A model generated the notes under the pieces. It did not search any database, was not told where the DNA came from, and saw only the letters and a program-made list of their open reading frames with translations. 64,000 nucleotides of DNA from Candidatus Cloacimonadota bacterium (GTDB lineage: Bacteria > Cloacimonadota > Cloacimonadia > Cloacimonadales > Cloacimonadaceae): positions 886-64,885 of the forward strand of contig JAAYJN010000037.1 in NCBI GenBank assembly GCA_012522935.1. The letters run 5' to 3'. Both the position numbers and the translations under genes were made by a program. Each line of letters starts with the position of its first letter. Positions within the stretch are counted from its first letter, which is position 1. Shown here piece after piece: positions 27,106 to 37,400 of this stretch.

Positions 27106-27921
27106 TCAACCTATCACGCTGAAGTAAATAATGCTGGCAAAACCTACAACCCAACAGTAGATGGCAAAGTATTTGAGCTTTGCCCGCTGGATGAGGCTGA
27201 TCATGAGGGCAATCACGGCATAGCCAACCACAAAAGAGGCAATGAAGCCCGCCAAGTAGATGAAAAGCTGTTTGGCGCCCAGGGAGGTGAATTCCTTGTA
27301 TTTAAGGATATTTGCAGCCATGATGGCGGGTATGGAAAGCAAAAAGGAAAAGCTGGCGGCGTCTTTTCTGCGCACCCCGCTAAATAGGGAAGCGGAAATG
27401 GTGGAGCCAGAGCGGGAGATGCCGGGGATGATGGCAATTCCCTGGGCGATGCCAATCACAAAAGAGCGGATGATGCCCATGGAGACAGAGGGAATGGAGC
27501 CGTTTTTGATGTAGTCTGAGATAAAGATGATGATGCCGGTGATGATGAGCATGGTAGCCACCACAACGGGGTATTTCTCCAGGCTTTCAAACCATTTGCC
27601 GGCGACCAAGTATACCACGCCAGTGGCAAAGGTCGCCACAATCAGATAAAAGATGAGGTTGCGGTGGTAGCGATGAGGTCTATTTTCAGTGCTGTCTCCC
27701 CATTTGAATAGCGATATAAACAGCTCCAAGATCATTTTGCGGAAGTAGATGAGAACGGCTAAGACGGTGCCCAAATGTAAGAATATCTCAAAGGTGAGAT
27801 CTTCGCTGCCCTGGAATCCAAAATAGTGCTGCACCAAAGCCAGGTGTCCAGAGGAGCTGACGGGTAGAAACTCGGTCAATCCCTGCACAATGCCCAGTAA
27901 TATTGATTGTAGTAGTGTCAT
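27106..27921 (-). CDS. uppP: Undecaprenyl-diphosphate phosphatase
   Basis: The GIVQGLTEFLPVSSSGHL signature is present in a protein with 8 or so TM segments. Confidence 0.95.
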   Translation of the reverse strand: MTLLQSILLGIVQGLTEFLPVSSSGHLALVQHYFGFQGSEDLTFEIFLHLGTVLAVLIYFRKMILELFISLFKWGDSTENRPHRYHRNLIFYLIVATFATGVVYLVAGKWFESLEKYPVVVATMLIITGIIIFISDYIKNGSIPSVSMGIIRSFVIGIAQGIAIIPGISRSGSTISASLFSGVRRKDAASFSFLLSIPAIMAANILKYKEFTSLGAKQLFIYLAGFIASFVVGYAVIALMISLIQRAKLKYFAIYCWVVGFASIIYFSVIG

Positions 27922-27933
27922 AATATTTTATCC

Positions 27934-29193
27934 CTATAAAATGGCTGGAACGCTGTATTTCCCGCTTTGGGAGAGGGGTACCAGCGTGAAGCCTGCTTGT
28001 TGGGCGCGCTGGATGAACCTCTTTAAATAGTTGAGCTTATCTTGATTGTGACAGTGGGTGATGGCTACCAGATGGGGGTTTCTTTGGCTGAGGCTTTCCA
28101 GCTCTCTCAGTTTTTTATTCATGGTGGCTTCGCTAATATCGGGGGAATCTAGGAAGATGCTGTTTCTGAAAGCCGGTATATGGGCTTGTTGGGCCTGTTG
28201 ATATGCCACGGAGACGTTTGAGGTGCGGCTATCCAAAAAGAGCTTGTTGCGGGCTTTGAGCACCTTCATTACCGATGTCATCACGTCTGTATCGGCTGTG
28301 GCAAGGCTGCCCATGTGGTTGTTGATGCCAATGCAGAGCGGGAGGCCGTCTATCAGCTTGTTGAGCAGCTTGGAGATTTCGGCTTCTTTCATCTGAACCA
28401 AGATGGCATTCTTTCCGGGGTTGGTCTGAGGATAGCCAATGGGTTCCATCGGTACATGAATGATGGATTCACGTCCCTGTTCGTGAGCTTTTTGCATGGT
28501 ATAAACGCTGTGCTTGTATTCCGGCATGATGGCAAAGGTGACCGAAGTGGGAAGGCCGAGAAAGCCACTAAGCAGGTTGCCGCCGATTTCGCCAAAATCA
28601 TCCACCACAATGGCGAGGGTCTTGGTGGGAGCCTTCTGGGCATAGGGCTTGGCATCATAGTAAAGCTCCACCTTCCACTTGGTATCGCTCTTGTCATGGG
28701 CAAATTCCAAGGTTTGCGTCTTGCGGGATTCCTTGGCAGAGACAAATCTGCCTCCGGCTTTTTCCACACGTCCTTTCAGAATCATATTGGCAAAATTGAG
28801 GTCATACACGTTGTCATCAAGGGGCACCTTGAAGGTGACGGTGTTTCCTTTCTTTTGCAGTTTGTAGATGTTATCGTGTATATCCAGCTCTTTGAGGGCA
28901 GCGATGATGGTGGGTTCCAGATCGGGCGTTTTGCGGGCGGCATCTGCATCAGGTGTGTCAGCACTGGTTTTGGCTTTCTTATCTTTTGTGGCTTTGTCCT
29001 GTTTCTGTGCGATATCGCTGGATTCGGTTTGTGTGGAAGGCAGTTTTGCTGAGGGTTTATAGCTGAGGATAAACCATATGATTGCAGTGGAGATCAAGCC
29101 GGCAACGATGAACATCCAGAGTTTGGAAGAGGATTGTTTCTTGCGTTTGCGAGGGCGTGCTGCAGGCTTTTTGGCGGGTTTACGCTTGGGCAT
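27934..29193 (-). CDS. Divergent polysaccharide deacetylase family protein (YibQ-like) with basic N-terminus and TM anchor
   Basis: LAIVVDDFGE and NNHMGS motifs of the YibQ-type family are present, with an N-terminal KRK-rich tail plus one TM segment. Confidence 0.8.
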   Translation of the reverse strand: MPKRKPAKKPAARPRKRKKQSSSKLWMFIVAGLISTAIIWFILSYKPSAKLPSTQTESSDIAQKQDKATKDKKAKTSADTPDADAARKTPDLEPTIIAALKELDIHDNIYKLQKKGNTVTFKVPLDDNVYDLNFANMILKGRVEKAGGRFVSAKESRKTQTLEFAHDKSDTKWKVELYYDAKPYAQKAPTKTLAIVVDDFGEIGGNLLSGFLGLPTSVTFAIMPEYKHSVYTMQKAHEQGRESIIHVPMEPIGYPQTNPGKNAILVQMKEAEISKLLNKLIDGLPLCIGINNHMGSLATADTDVMTSVMKVLKARNKLFLDSRTSNVSVAYQQAQQAHIPAFRNSIFLDSPDISEATMNKKLRELESLSQRNPHLVAITHCHNQDKLNYLKRFIQRAQQAGFTLVPLSQSGKYSVPAIL

Positions 29194-30076
29194 TATCTGA
29201 TCGCTCCTGAGGGGTGGGCTTGGATTTTTGTATGCGGATGGGGTGCATTATCTGGCAGGCATGCTTGGCAAGCCAAACCAGGGGGATAAAAAAGAAGTTG
29301 GAAAGAAGGAAGGCAAACGCCAATAGGACTATATTGGTGAGTAAAGGCAGGGTGGAAGCAACGGGCAAGAGCTCAAATCTGGGCAGGAAGCCCGTCAGGT
29401 AGCCAATAAAGCTGAACAGAGGGTGGTATATCACTTCCATGATGGAGGTATAGAGTTTTGCCAAGATAATGATGGCAAAGACAAGGTAGAGATTGAAGGC
29501 TATGAATTTGAAGGGGTGTAAGCGGGGATAGACAAGGGCTCTCTTTTGGGCGTTTTGCAGGCTGTGCCCCAGCTTTTGCCAGGGGTGGATCCAAACGTTT
29601 TTGACGAATGCATAGATAATCCAGGCGCTTGCCAACACTCTGGTAGCAATTGTGGCAAGATGCCCAGTGGATACTTGGATGCCATAGAAGTATTTGATGA
29701 ATATGGAAAGGGCAAAGAAGACAGTGTATGCAATTAGGGCGGGGACCAGTACTTTGTGTATTTTGATAACGTGATGGGCTATATCACTACTGCCGAGGGG
29801 CAACTGGTGATAATCCATCAGGTGGAATTTGAGAATCATAAACAGGACAAAAAGTAAGAGAAGGAAGAAGACAGTGAGGGGCATCAGATGCAAGCCGGTG
29901 CCCATCAAATCATAAGCTGCTCCCACCAGGCTATCACCCTTGATCCAATATACCAGCAGGCTGGGATATAAAAACACCTGAATCCCATTGAAGCTGCCCA
30001 GTAGATAGTGTAGGAATGCCCTCCACAGGGAGGGTTCCGGAGGCTGTAAGGATTGGGAGTGGGGAGTTAGTGCCAT
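29180..30076 (-). CDS. Hypothetical polytopic membrane protein
   Basis: 298 aa with 6-7 or so hydrophobic segments and no recognisable motif. It overlaps both neighbours. Confidence 0.6.
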   Translation of the reverse strand: MALTPHSQSLQPPEPSLWRAFLHYLLGSFNGIQVFLYPSLLVYWIKGDSLVGAAYDLMGTGLHLMPLTVFFLLLLFVLFMILKFHLMDYHQLPLGSSDIAHHVIKIHKVLVPALIAYTVFFALSIFIKYFYGIQVSTGHLATIATRVLASAWIIYAFVKNVWIHPWQKLGHSLQNAQKRALVYPRLHPFKFIAFNLYLVFAIIILAKLYTSIMEVIYHPLFSFIGYLTGFLPRFELLPVASTLPLLTNIVLLAFAFLLSNFFFIPLVWLAKHACQIMHPIRIQKSKPTPQERSDNAQA

Positions 30077-31569
30077 ATATACTTTACTTGCAAATAGAGC
30101 CTTCTGCCTTCAGCTGGCAATCCTTCCCATTGGATGTGGGCTTTGTCCAGGATGTTTTGCAATCCACCTTCAAACCAAAGCGCAGGGCTGTAACGGTACT
30201 GGGCTGTGAGGCTGAGATCTATCACTTCGGGTAAATTGCGCTTCTGATGATCCTTTTGGTTGTAGCGTTGATTCAGGATGAGGTTGGTTACAAGCTTCCT
30301 GTATTGATAGCTGAACGAGGTCTGGGAGATGAAGCGGGGCGTATAGGGGGTACGGATTCTGCCTTGATGGGGCAGATAGTGCAGATTGAAAGCCAATTCC
30401 TGCCTCAGCACGCCCCAGGGTAGGCGCAGCAGTGCGTTGCTGGTTAAGGAGTGATTCCAGGCGGGTTCCAGGCTGATAATGGGGATGGGGGTGTTGCCTT
30501 CCTTAAGAACAGGTTGATTGTATGTGTAGGCACTGCGGATGCCTCCTGCATTATTATTGAGCGGCTGGGGGCGTTGGTGAGAGTATACGTCTTTCCAAAA
30601 GGAAGGAAGTGTATAGGTGATTTGTGCCTTCACATCCAAAGGAGAATAGGGAACACTGCCCAATGTGGGTTGGATTCCCCAAGGGAATTGCTGCATCAAT
30701 TGAGAGCGGGTAAGCGGCTGCATCCCAGGGTAGTTACCCGCTTGCAGCAAGAGCGAAGGGTTGAGGGGTCTTTCGTAATGTACCTGTATTTGCGGCAAGA
30801 CGTGGTGCAGGTCGCTCATCAAGCCAAGAGATGCCTTCTTCAATCCGGGAAGGTGAAGCGGGACATGATAGGCAGAGGCAATGGCAAACCTGCCCATAGC
30901 GGAGCCCAGATGGGTATCCACAAGGTTATCTTCATATTGCAAACGATGGGAATGCCAAAAGCCGGGGTTCAGGTGATAATCCCTATCTGAGGCATTTCTC
31001 TGCCAAGTGTTTTCCCACCATAGGCGGGTATCCACCTGATGCAGGGTAATTCCTTTATCCGAGAGGCTGTCTGCATGGTGGCTGGCGCTTAGCAGCAGAG
31101 CATTTGCCACGTATTGATCCGCACTGGAATGCTGGTAATGGAGGCGGCTTTTGGGCTGGAATGTATCATCAAACACCAGGCTGGCAAAGGCTTGGTGATC
31201 CACATGCTTAAAGTGATCAGGCAAGAATCTGTTTTCCAAATCAACCCTTAGATGAGGCAGCCTGCGGTGCAGATTGTATAAGGAGCCTTGGGCAAACACT
31301 TGCCAATCTGTATTTACCCTGCCTGAAAACCAGCCATTAAGCGGCTTTTTATAAGGTGAAGCGGGTTTGGGAATGGGGGGTATCCCGACAGGGAAGAAGG
31401 GTCCCAAGCTATCGGAATGGGTGATAATGGTAAAGGGAAGTGAACTGCGCTTTGCCAGGGGAATCTTTACCTGTGCATCACCCATGATTTCCACCACGGG
31501 CAATTCACTGGTTTGAGCCACAAGCATCCCACAAAGCAGGATAAATAAGATAGAATAAACCCACTTCAT
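30067..31569 (-). CDS. Hypothetical secreted protein, possible outer-membrane beta-barrel
   Basis: Signal peptide (ILLCGMLVAQT). The sequence is rich in alternating aromatic/polar stretches and has an aromatic-rich C-terminus (..LQVKYIWH). The fold call is inference only. Confidence 0.45.
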   Translation of the reverse strand: MKWVYSILFILLCGMLVAQTSELPVVEIMGDAQVKIPLAKRSSLPFTIITHSDSLGPFFPVGIPPIPKPASPYKKPLNGWFSGRVNTDWQVFAQGSLYNLHRRLPHLRVDLENRFLPDHFKHVDHQAFASLVFDDTFQPKSRLHYQHSSADQYVANALLLSASHHADSLSDKGITLHQVDTRLWWENTWQRNASDRDYHLNPGFWHSHRLQYEDNLVDTHLGSAMGRFAIASAYHVPLHLPGLKKASLGLMSDLHHVLPQIQVHYERPLNPSLLLQAGNYPGMQPLTRSQLMQQFPWGIQPTLGSVPYSPLDVKAQITYTLPSFWKDVYSHQRPQPLNNNAGGIRSAYTYNQPVLKEGNTPIPIISLEPAWNHSLTSNALLRLPWGVLRQELAFNLHYLPHQGRIRTPYTPRFISQTSFSYQYRKLVTNLILNQRYNQKDHQKRNLPEVIDLSLTAQYRYSPALWFEGGLQNILDKAHIQWEGLPAEGRRLYLQVKYIWH

Positions 31570-34466
31570 CTTTCGTCATCCAACAGGTTATTGATGTTCA
31601 TCACCTGATCATCGCTAAGGGTGCTTTGCACCTCCCAGAGCGTGAGCTGTGCCTCTTTGAGGGCACCGGTGTGGATGAGGCTTAAAATGTAATGATACTG
31701 TGCACCACTCTGGATGAGGGGATATTCCCTATACAACACTCGCACCCGCTTGAATGATGATATGGCGCGCGCATAATCTTCCTTCAGATAGTGCATTCTT
31801 GCCAGTTCATAATCTGCCTGTGCCCTGATATATTGGTTGCTCTGGGTATCCAGGATTTGATTTGCCATCATTGAGGATTCATCAAAGAGCTCGTTTTGGT
31901 TCAGGTAAACGATGCGGTTGATACGTGCCTGGGGATGATCCATCGCCATCTCCTTACCCAGGTCCCAGATCTCATCATAGTCTTTAAAATCGTTCTCTTG
32001 GGCGATATCCAAGAGGGCAAGCCAGTTGGCGGCAGTAGGTTGGATTTCATATAAAAGCAGGTACTTTTCCTGGGCAATATCCAAGTCTCCGGTGCTGTGT
32101 GCCAATTTGGCAAGGGAAAGCAGGCTTTCGGGGCTTTGAGTCTCTTCAAACACCTGTGATGCCAATTCCTCTGCTTCCTTTTGCTGGTTGAGCTGGAAAA
32201 GGGATTCTGCCATCAGCAAATCAAGCTCCGGCCGCTTTTGTTCAGGATAGCTCCTTCTCAGCTCCTCGGCTTCTTCCAACACCTGATCCCAATGCCCCAG
32301 GCTGGCATAGAGCTGGATGATAAGATAGTTAATTTCAAAGCGGATATATTCACTTTCAAAGGTATCCGCCAATCCAAGGAGATCGGCGATGGGGGAGATG
32401 TCGTCCATATTGTCCAAACAGAGCTGCAGCCCGGTAAAGGCATCCCTCAAAAGGCTCACTTCTTCCGGGGTGAATGAGGTGGTATTACGGAAGCGCACCA
32501 GGATATTGAGCCAATCGCTGAAGGATTGATTGTAGTCTCCCAAGTTGTAATTACAAAGAGCCACCTGAGCCAGCACAGAGAGGAAGTGATCAGATTCTGG
32601 ATAATCTTCCAAAAAGCGCTCATACAATTCCAACGCTCTGCGATAGGAGCCTCCCTGATAAGCAGCCCTGCCGGCTTGGAACAGATAGCTATCCACATTT
32701 GGATTCAATTGGGAAAGCGAGAGGAAGAGCTGGCTGGCTTCGTCAAAACGCTTTAAAAAATACAGGGTATAAGCCTGATAGCTGGTGCACTCCTGTCTTT
32801 GCACCTCAGAGGCGGCATGTTCCTCCGCCTGTTGATAGAGGCTGAGGGCATGGGCAAAATCCTTGTTGTTAAAGCTCACGCTGGCTTCCAAGATCAGCGT
32901 TTCAAAGTTGGGGGGATAATTTGCCAATTCTGCAAGCAGGATTTGCACTTCAGTAAAGCGATTGAGATAGTAAAGAGACTGCGCCTGTCTGAGCAGGATG
33001 CTATAGCTGTGATCATGGTTCAGGGCTATTGCCTGGAAGGAATCCAGCGCACTTTGGAAGTTGCCAGACATAAACTCCAATTCCCCAAAGTAGAACAAGG
33101 CATCTTCGCGATACATGGAATCAGGGTATCTATCCAAGAGCGCCTTCAAGTTTTGCTTGGCTCCAGCATAGTCTTTGGCTTCAAACATCAGCATGCCCAG
33201 CCAATAAAAAGCCCTGTCCCGATAGCGTCCGTTTTGATAGGTATTCAAATAACGGTTGTAATGCTCTTGGGCAAGGTAGTGTTGATTGATCTGGTAATAG
33301 GCGTCTGCAATGGAGATCTCCACGTCATCCAGCAATTCGGGAGAGAGCTCAAAGCGCCGCGCCTCTGCCCACAGGGTGAGTGCCTTCTCATAATACCCTT
33401 CCTGAGCGGCAAAGCTTGCCATCAGGATATGCTGTTGTCCACGATATTGAGATGGCAAATCAGCATTCATATAATCCTGCAAAAGCTTGTATGCCCTTGC
33501 CGGGTCACTGGCATACAGTATTTTGAGGTGTTCAAGGTAGGAGAGAACCTGTATCTCAGGTTCAGCCTCTTTCACCAGGATGCGAAACAGAGAATCAGCA
33601 GCAGCCACTTCGCCTTGTTTGAGATGCAGCAGGGCGCCATAGTAGCTGCTGTGAGACGATCGAGGCATTTCGTCCAAAAGAGCCTGGGCTTCGTGCAGAT
33701 TGTTCAAAGTGAGATTCTTACGCAGCAAAAGCAGCTTGATAGGCTCGGATTCCAGCTCCTGGGGGTCTTCTATTTGCGCAAGGAATTCATCCATCTCTGC
33801 AAAGCGTTGGTCATAAAGAAGGTGTTTGAGCCAATGCAGGCGATAGTTTGGACCGTATTCGTCATCCGCCATCCGGTACATTATCTGGAAGGCTTCATCT
33901 TCTCTTTGCAATAATATCAATAGCTTGAAGTAATCATACTTCATCTCTTTATCGTTGTCATCTATTGCCATTGCCTTTTTATACTCATGCTCCGCCGAAA
34001 GCAATTGCCCCAAATCACGATAGCATTTCCCACGCCAGAGATTACCCTGATACTGATAATAGGGATGTTCGGTAAAGCGCCCCAATTCCAGCAGCATGGA
34101 AAGGGCAGATTGCACGTCTCCCATGCCATACAAGCAGATCGCATAGTTGAGGTACACATCAGCCTTTATCTCGGTTTGCAGGGGCACAGTCATCAGCTCC
34201 TGATACATTTGGGCGGCTTCTTCCCACCTTGCCTCATTGAGCCAGATATTGGCATTGATATACAACAGATAGGGCATCTTGTCGCTATTGGGATAGGTCT
34301 GCCTAAAATACTCTATCTCTGCCATCGCCTCCTCAATATCTCCCATCTCGTAAAGCCTCACGATATAGGTATAATCATCTTGTTCCCTTAGTGACATGGC
34401 AAACACAGCAGATACAGTGGCAGCCAATATCACCGCCATCAACAATCGTTTTAGCATCGTTTTCAT
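31566..34466 (-). CDS. Large TPR-repeat protein (secreted or membrane-anchored)
   Basis: 966 aa with an N-terminal hydrophobic signal and many TPR-like repeats throughout (..AEALFYFGELEFMSGNFQSALDSF.. and similar). Confidence 0.8.
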   Translation of the reverse strand: MKTMLKRLLMAVILAATVSAVFAMSLREQDDYTYIVRLYEMGDIEEAMAEIEYFRQTYPNSDKMPYLLYINANIWLNEARWEEAAQMYQELMTVPLQTEIKADVYLNYAICLYGMGDVQSALSMLLELGRFTEHPYYQYQGNLWRGKCYRDLGQLLSAEHEYKKAMAIDDNDKEMKYDYFKLLILLQREDEAFQIMYRMADDEYGPNYRLHWLKHLLYDQRFAEMDEFLAQIEDPQELESEPIKLLLLRKNLTLNNLHEAQALLDEMPRSSHSSYYGALLHLKQGEVAAADSLFRILVKEAEPEIQVLSYLEHLKILYASDPARAYKLLQDYMNADLPSQYRGQQHILMASFAAQEGYYEKALTLWAEARRFELSPELLDDVEISIADAYYQINQHYLAQEHYNRYLNTYQNGRYRDRAFYWLGMLMFEAKDYAGAKQNLKALLDRYPDSMYREDALFYFGELEFMSGNFQSALDSFQAIALNHDHSYSILLRQAQSLYYLNRFTEVQILLAELANYPPNFETLILEASVSFNNKDFAHALSLYQQAEEHAASEVQRQECTSYQAYTLYFLKRFDEASQLFLSLSQLNPNVDSYLFQAGRAAYQGGSYRRALELYERFLEDYPESDHFLSVLAQVALCNYNLGDYNQSFSDWLNILVRFRNTTSFTPEEVSLLRDAFTGLQLCLDNMDDISPIADLLGLADTFESEYIRFEINYLIIQLYASLGHWDQVLEEAEELRRSYPEQKRPELDLLMAESLFQLNQQKEAEELASQVFEETQSPESLLSLAKLAHSTGDLDIAQEKYLLLYEIQPTAANWLALLDIAQENDFKDYDEIWDLGKEMAMDHPQARINRIVYLNQNELFDESSMMANQILDTQSNQYIRAQADYELARMHYLKEDYARAISSFKRVRVLYREYPLIQSGAQYHYILSLIHTGALKEAQLTLWEVQSTLSDDQVMNINNLLDDER

Positions 34467-37400
34467 GATGTGGTAAACCCCTGTTTGCTTTCTTTGAAGG
34501 GTAATATCATAAACACCGTAGTTCCCTCATTCTCTTTGCTTTTGATGGTGATCTCTCCACCATGCAGTTCTGCGATTCGTTTGGCGGTAGCCAAGCCCAA
34601 ACCCAACCCGCTGGAACGGTATTCCACGGTACCGGATTTGTGTGCGTATATTTCGTTGAGTTCATAAAACTTCCTGAACACATTTTTGAGCTGATACTCC
34701 GGGATGCCAATGCCATTATCCTGAACAAAGATAACCAGGCTTTCCCGGTTGTTTATCTTCTCTGTGGGGAATACAGAGCGTCTGGCACCGATCACCACCG
34801 TGCCAAAGTCGTTTGTAAAGCGGATGGCATTCAAGACAACGTTGTGCACCATGCGATGGATGGCTTCCCAGTTTGCATACAGTTCAGACAGATTTTCTTC
34901 CACTTCCAGCTTGATAAACATCTTGCGCTTGCGGGAGAGGATATCCACCTCCTGCTGCACTAGCTCCAAGATCTCATATATATCACAGGGAGCCTTGGTG
35001 AGGCTCTTTTGCAGGTTGTAATAATTCATGGTGCTGATATCACCACTGCTGATGATCAGCTTCCTCACGGAGGATTCCAACCTGGAAATCAAATCCTGCT
35101 TTTCCTCTTCATCAGCATACAGCCTGCGCTTGAGGCGTGAGACGTATCCCTGCAGCGTGGTGAGCGGCGTATTGAGTTCATGTGCCACAATCGCCATAAA
35201 TTCGTTTTTGAGGGATTCAAATTCGCTCAGCTCATGGCTCTTTTGGATCACCGCTTCATACTGGGTGGCGTTCTTGAAAGCTATTGCCACCTGGGCTTGA
35301 AAGAGGCTGAGGATATCTTCATTCAGATACATCTCCCGGCTATTCTCGCCCATATTATCAAAGTAAAGCCAGGCAATGGGCTGGTCGTTGATCAAGATGG
35401 GACAGCAGAAGATGGAGTGGATGCCATAATCCTGAACGCTGATGGAGTTTTTGAAGCTTTGGTCTTCCTGCGCATTATAGCTGATCACAGGCTTGAGGGT
35501 TGCCTGACACAGACCAATGGCTGTTTTGCTGATACCCGTCACAGTGGCAAGGGGTTGCTTGCGGTTATTCATCTGCACCCGGTATTGATTGTTGCCATCA
35601 TGATCCAGCCTGATCAGAAATCCACGTGTGGCATTGATAAAATCTATCGCTTTGGAGATTATTTCCCATTCCAGGTTATACATCTCCACGATGCTCATCA
35701 ATTCGTGCGAGATATGCATCAGCTCGTTCATCTTGCTCATGCGCATGGTGATCTGTTCATAATCATTGACGCGGATAATGAGGGCAGCCAAGTGCTGTTT
35801 GATATTGCGCATCAAGTTGATCTCATTGCGGGTATACTCCAGCTCTCCCTCGTCAAATACCAACAGATAGCCTATCCTTGAGGAGCCGGATATCAGGGGG
35901 ATGATCATGGCATGCACCCCCTGGATATTGGTTCCCACCAGACTGTCTGTGTTAAAGGCTCTGTCAATCAGAGGCTGCAGCTCCGGCGGAATCATCTCAT
36001 CTTCTGCACTGTTATAAGAGTGGAAACAATAGAAGTTTGAGATTTGTTCGGAATACGTCATCAGCTTGAAAGAAGCGGGGCAGAGCACTCTCTCCAAGCC
36101 TTTTTCGATCAGGAATTTCACCCTTTCGATGCTGTTTACATTCACGATGTTATACAGCAGCTCATTCCAGCGGTTGCGCAGGTCTTTACGGCGCGATGCC
36201 AGGGGCAGGGCATTCAGCTTTTTAAGGTTTTTGATGTTATAGTATGCCACCTGCAGATAGTTTTCCCTGTCTTCCTCTTCAATGCCATCGGTGATGCGCT
36301 CCAAGAGCTGACGGTATTCCTCATACTCGGTATTTGCCAAGGTATCCAGGCTCAGCTCGATTAGTATCTGCAGGCGTATCTGCCTCAGCTCCACTTCCAA
36401 TTGATAGTAAAGGTGCTTGGTGCATACTTCCAACAGCCGATTCACCCTGCGCAAGATACCTCTCAGGGGCTCTTCCGGATTCATCAAATCCAGCTTCACA
36501 ATCAAAATCAGCATCTTGGTTTCCCAATAGCGATAACGATTTTCACGGATGGGCTTCAAGGCGGAATCTGCCAATTCCCGTGCTTTTGCATATTCTTTCA
36601 AGCCATAGTAACAGCTCACCTGCAACACATTAAACACGGCAATGGCATAGTTGTTATTCACCTCTCCGGCAAAGAACATCGCCTGCTTCAGCTCTGCCTG
36701 GGCGGTATTATAATCACCGGCGCTCATCGCCGTGAGGCTGAGGATATTGTGGTAGAACTCCTCTTCATTGATGTGTTTATAATTGATATGCACGTTTTTG
36801 CGTATCAGGTGGTCCAGCCTTTTCAGGTTTGCCGTTTCGTGCAGGTAATAAAAGTAGGTTTTTACCAGAGGATTAATCTCATCGATATGCCCTTTGATCA
36901 GTTTTGGTTCTGCTTCACTGATAAACTGGTAATAATAGCCAAAGCCGCGGATCTTGCTTTTGGCAAGAGCCAGGTTGCGTTGAATGGCATCCAGATGCCT
37001 GGTGCTGCCCACAGAGGTGATCAAGTCCCGCGCTGCCAACAGATTCTTTTCCGCCAGCTCAAAATCCCCCATCTTGATATTGGTCTCGCCCTGATTGAGC
37101 TTGGCATGCGCCTGGGAGATTGTGATATTGAGCTCGGAACTGTATTTGTAGCCCAGGCTGGAATACTCCCGTGCCTGCAGGGTGAAGCCCTGTTTGAGAT
37201 ACAGGTCTGCGATATTATTGTAGATCAAGCCCAGATAGCGTTTGATATTGTGTCTTTTCCAGATGGAGAGGGCGATATTGAGGTGCTCCGTAGCCTCAGG
37301 GATATTCTTTTGGATGCTGTACAGCGCACCCAAATCGTTGTGCATGGCAGCCAGATATATCATTGCCTGATTATCGTGTTCGGGCGGTAAGGTGGCAAGG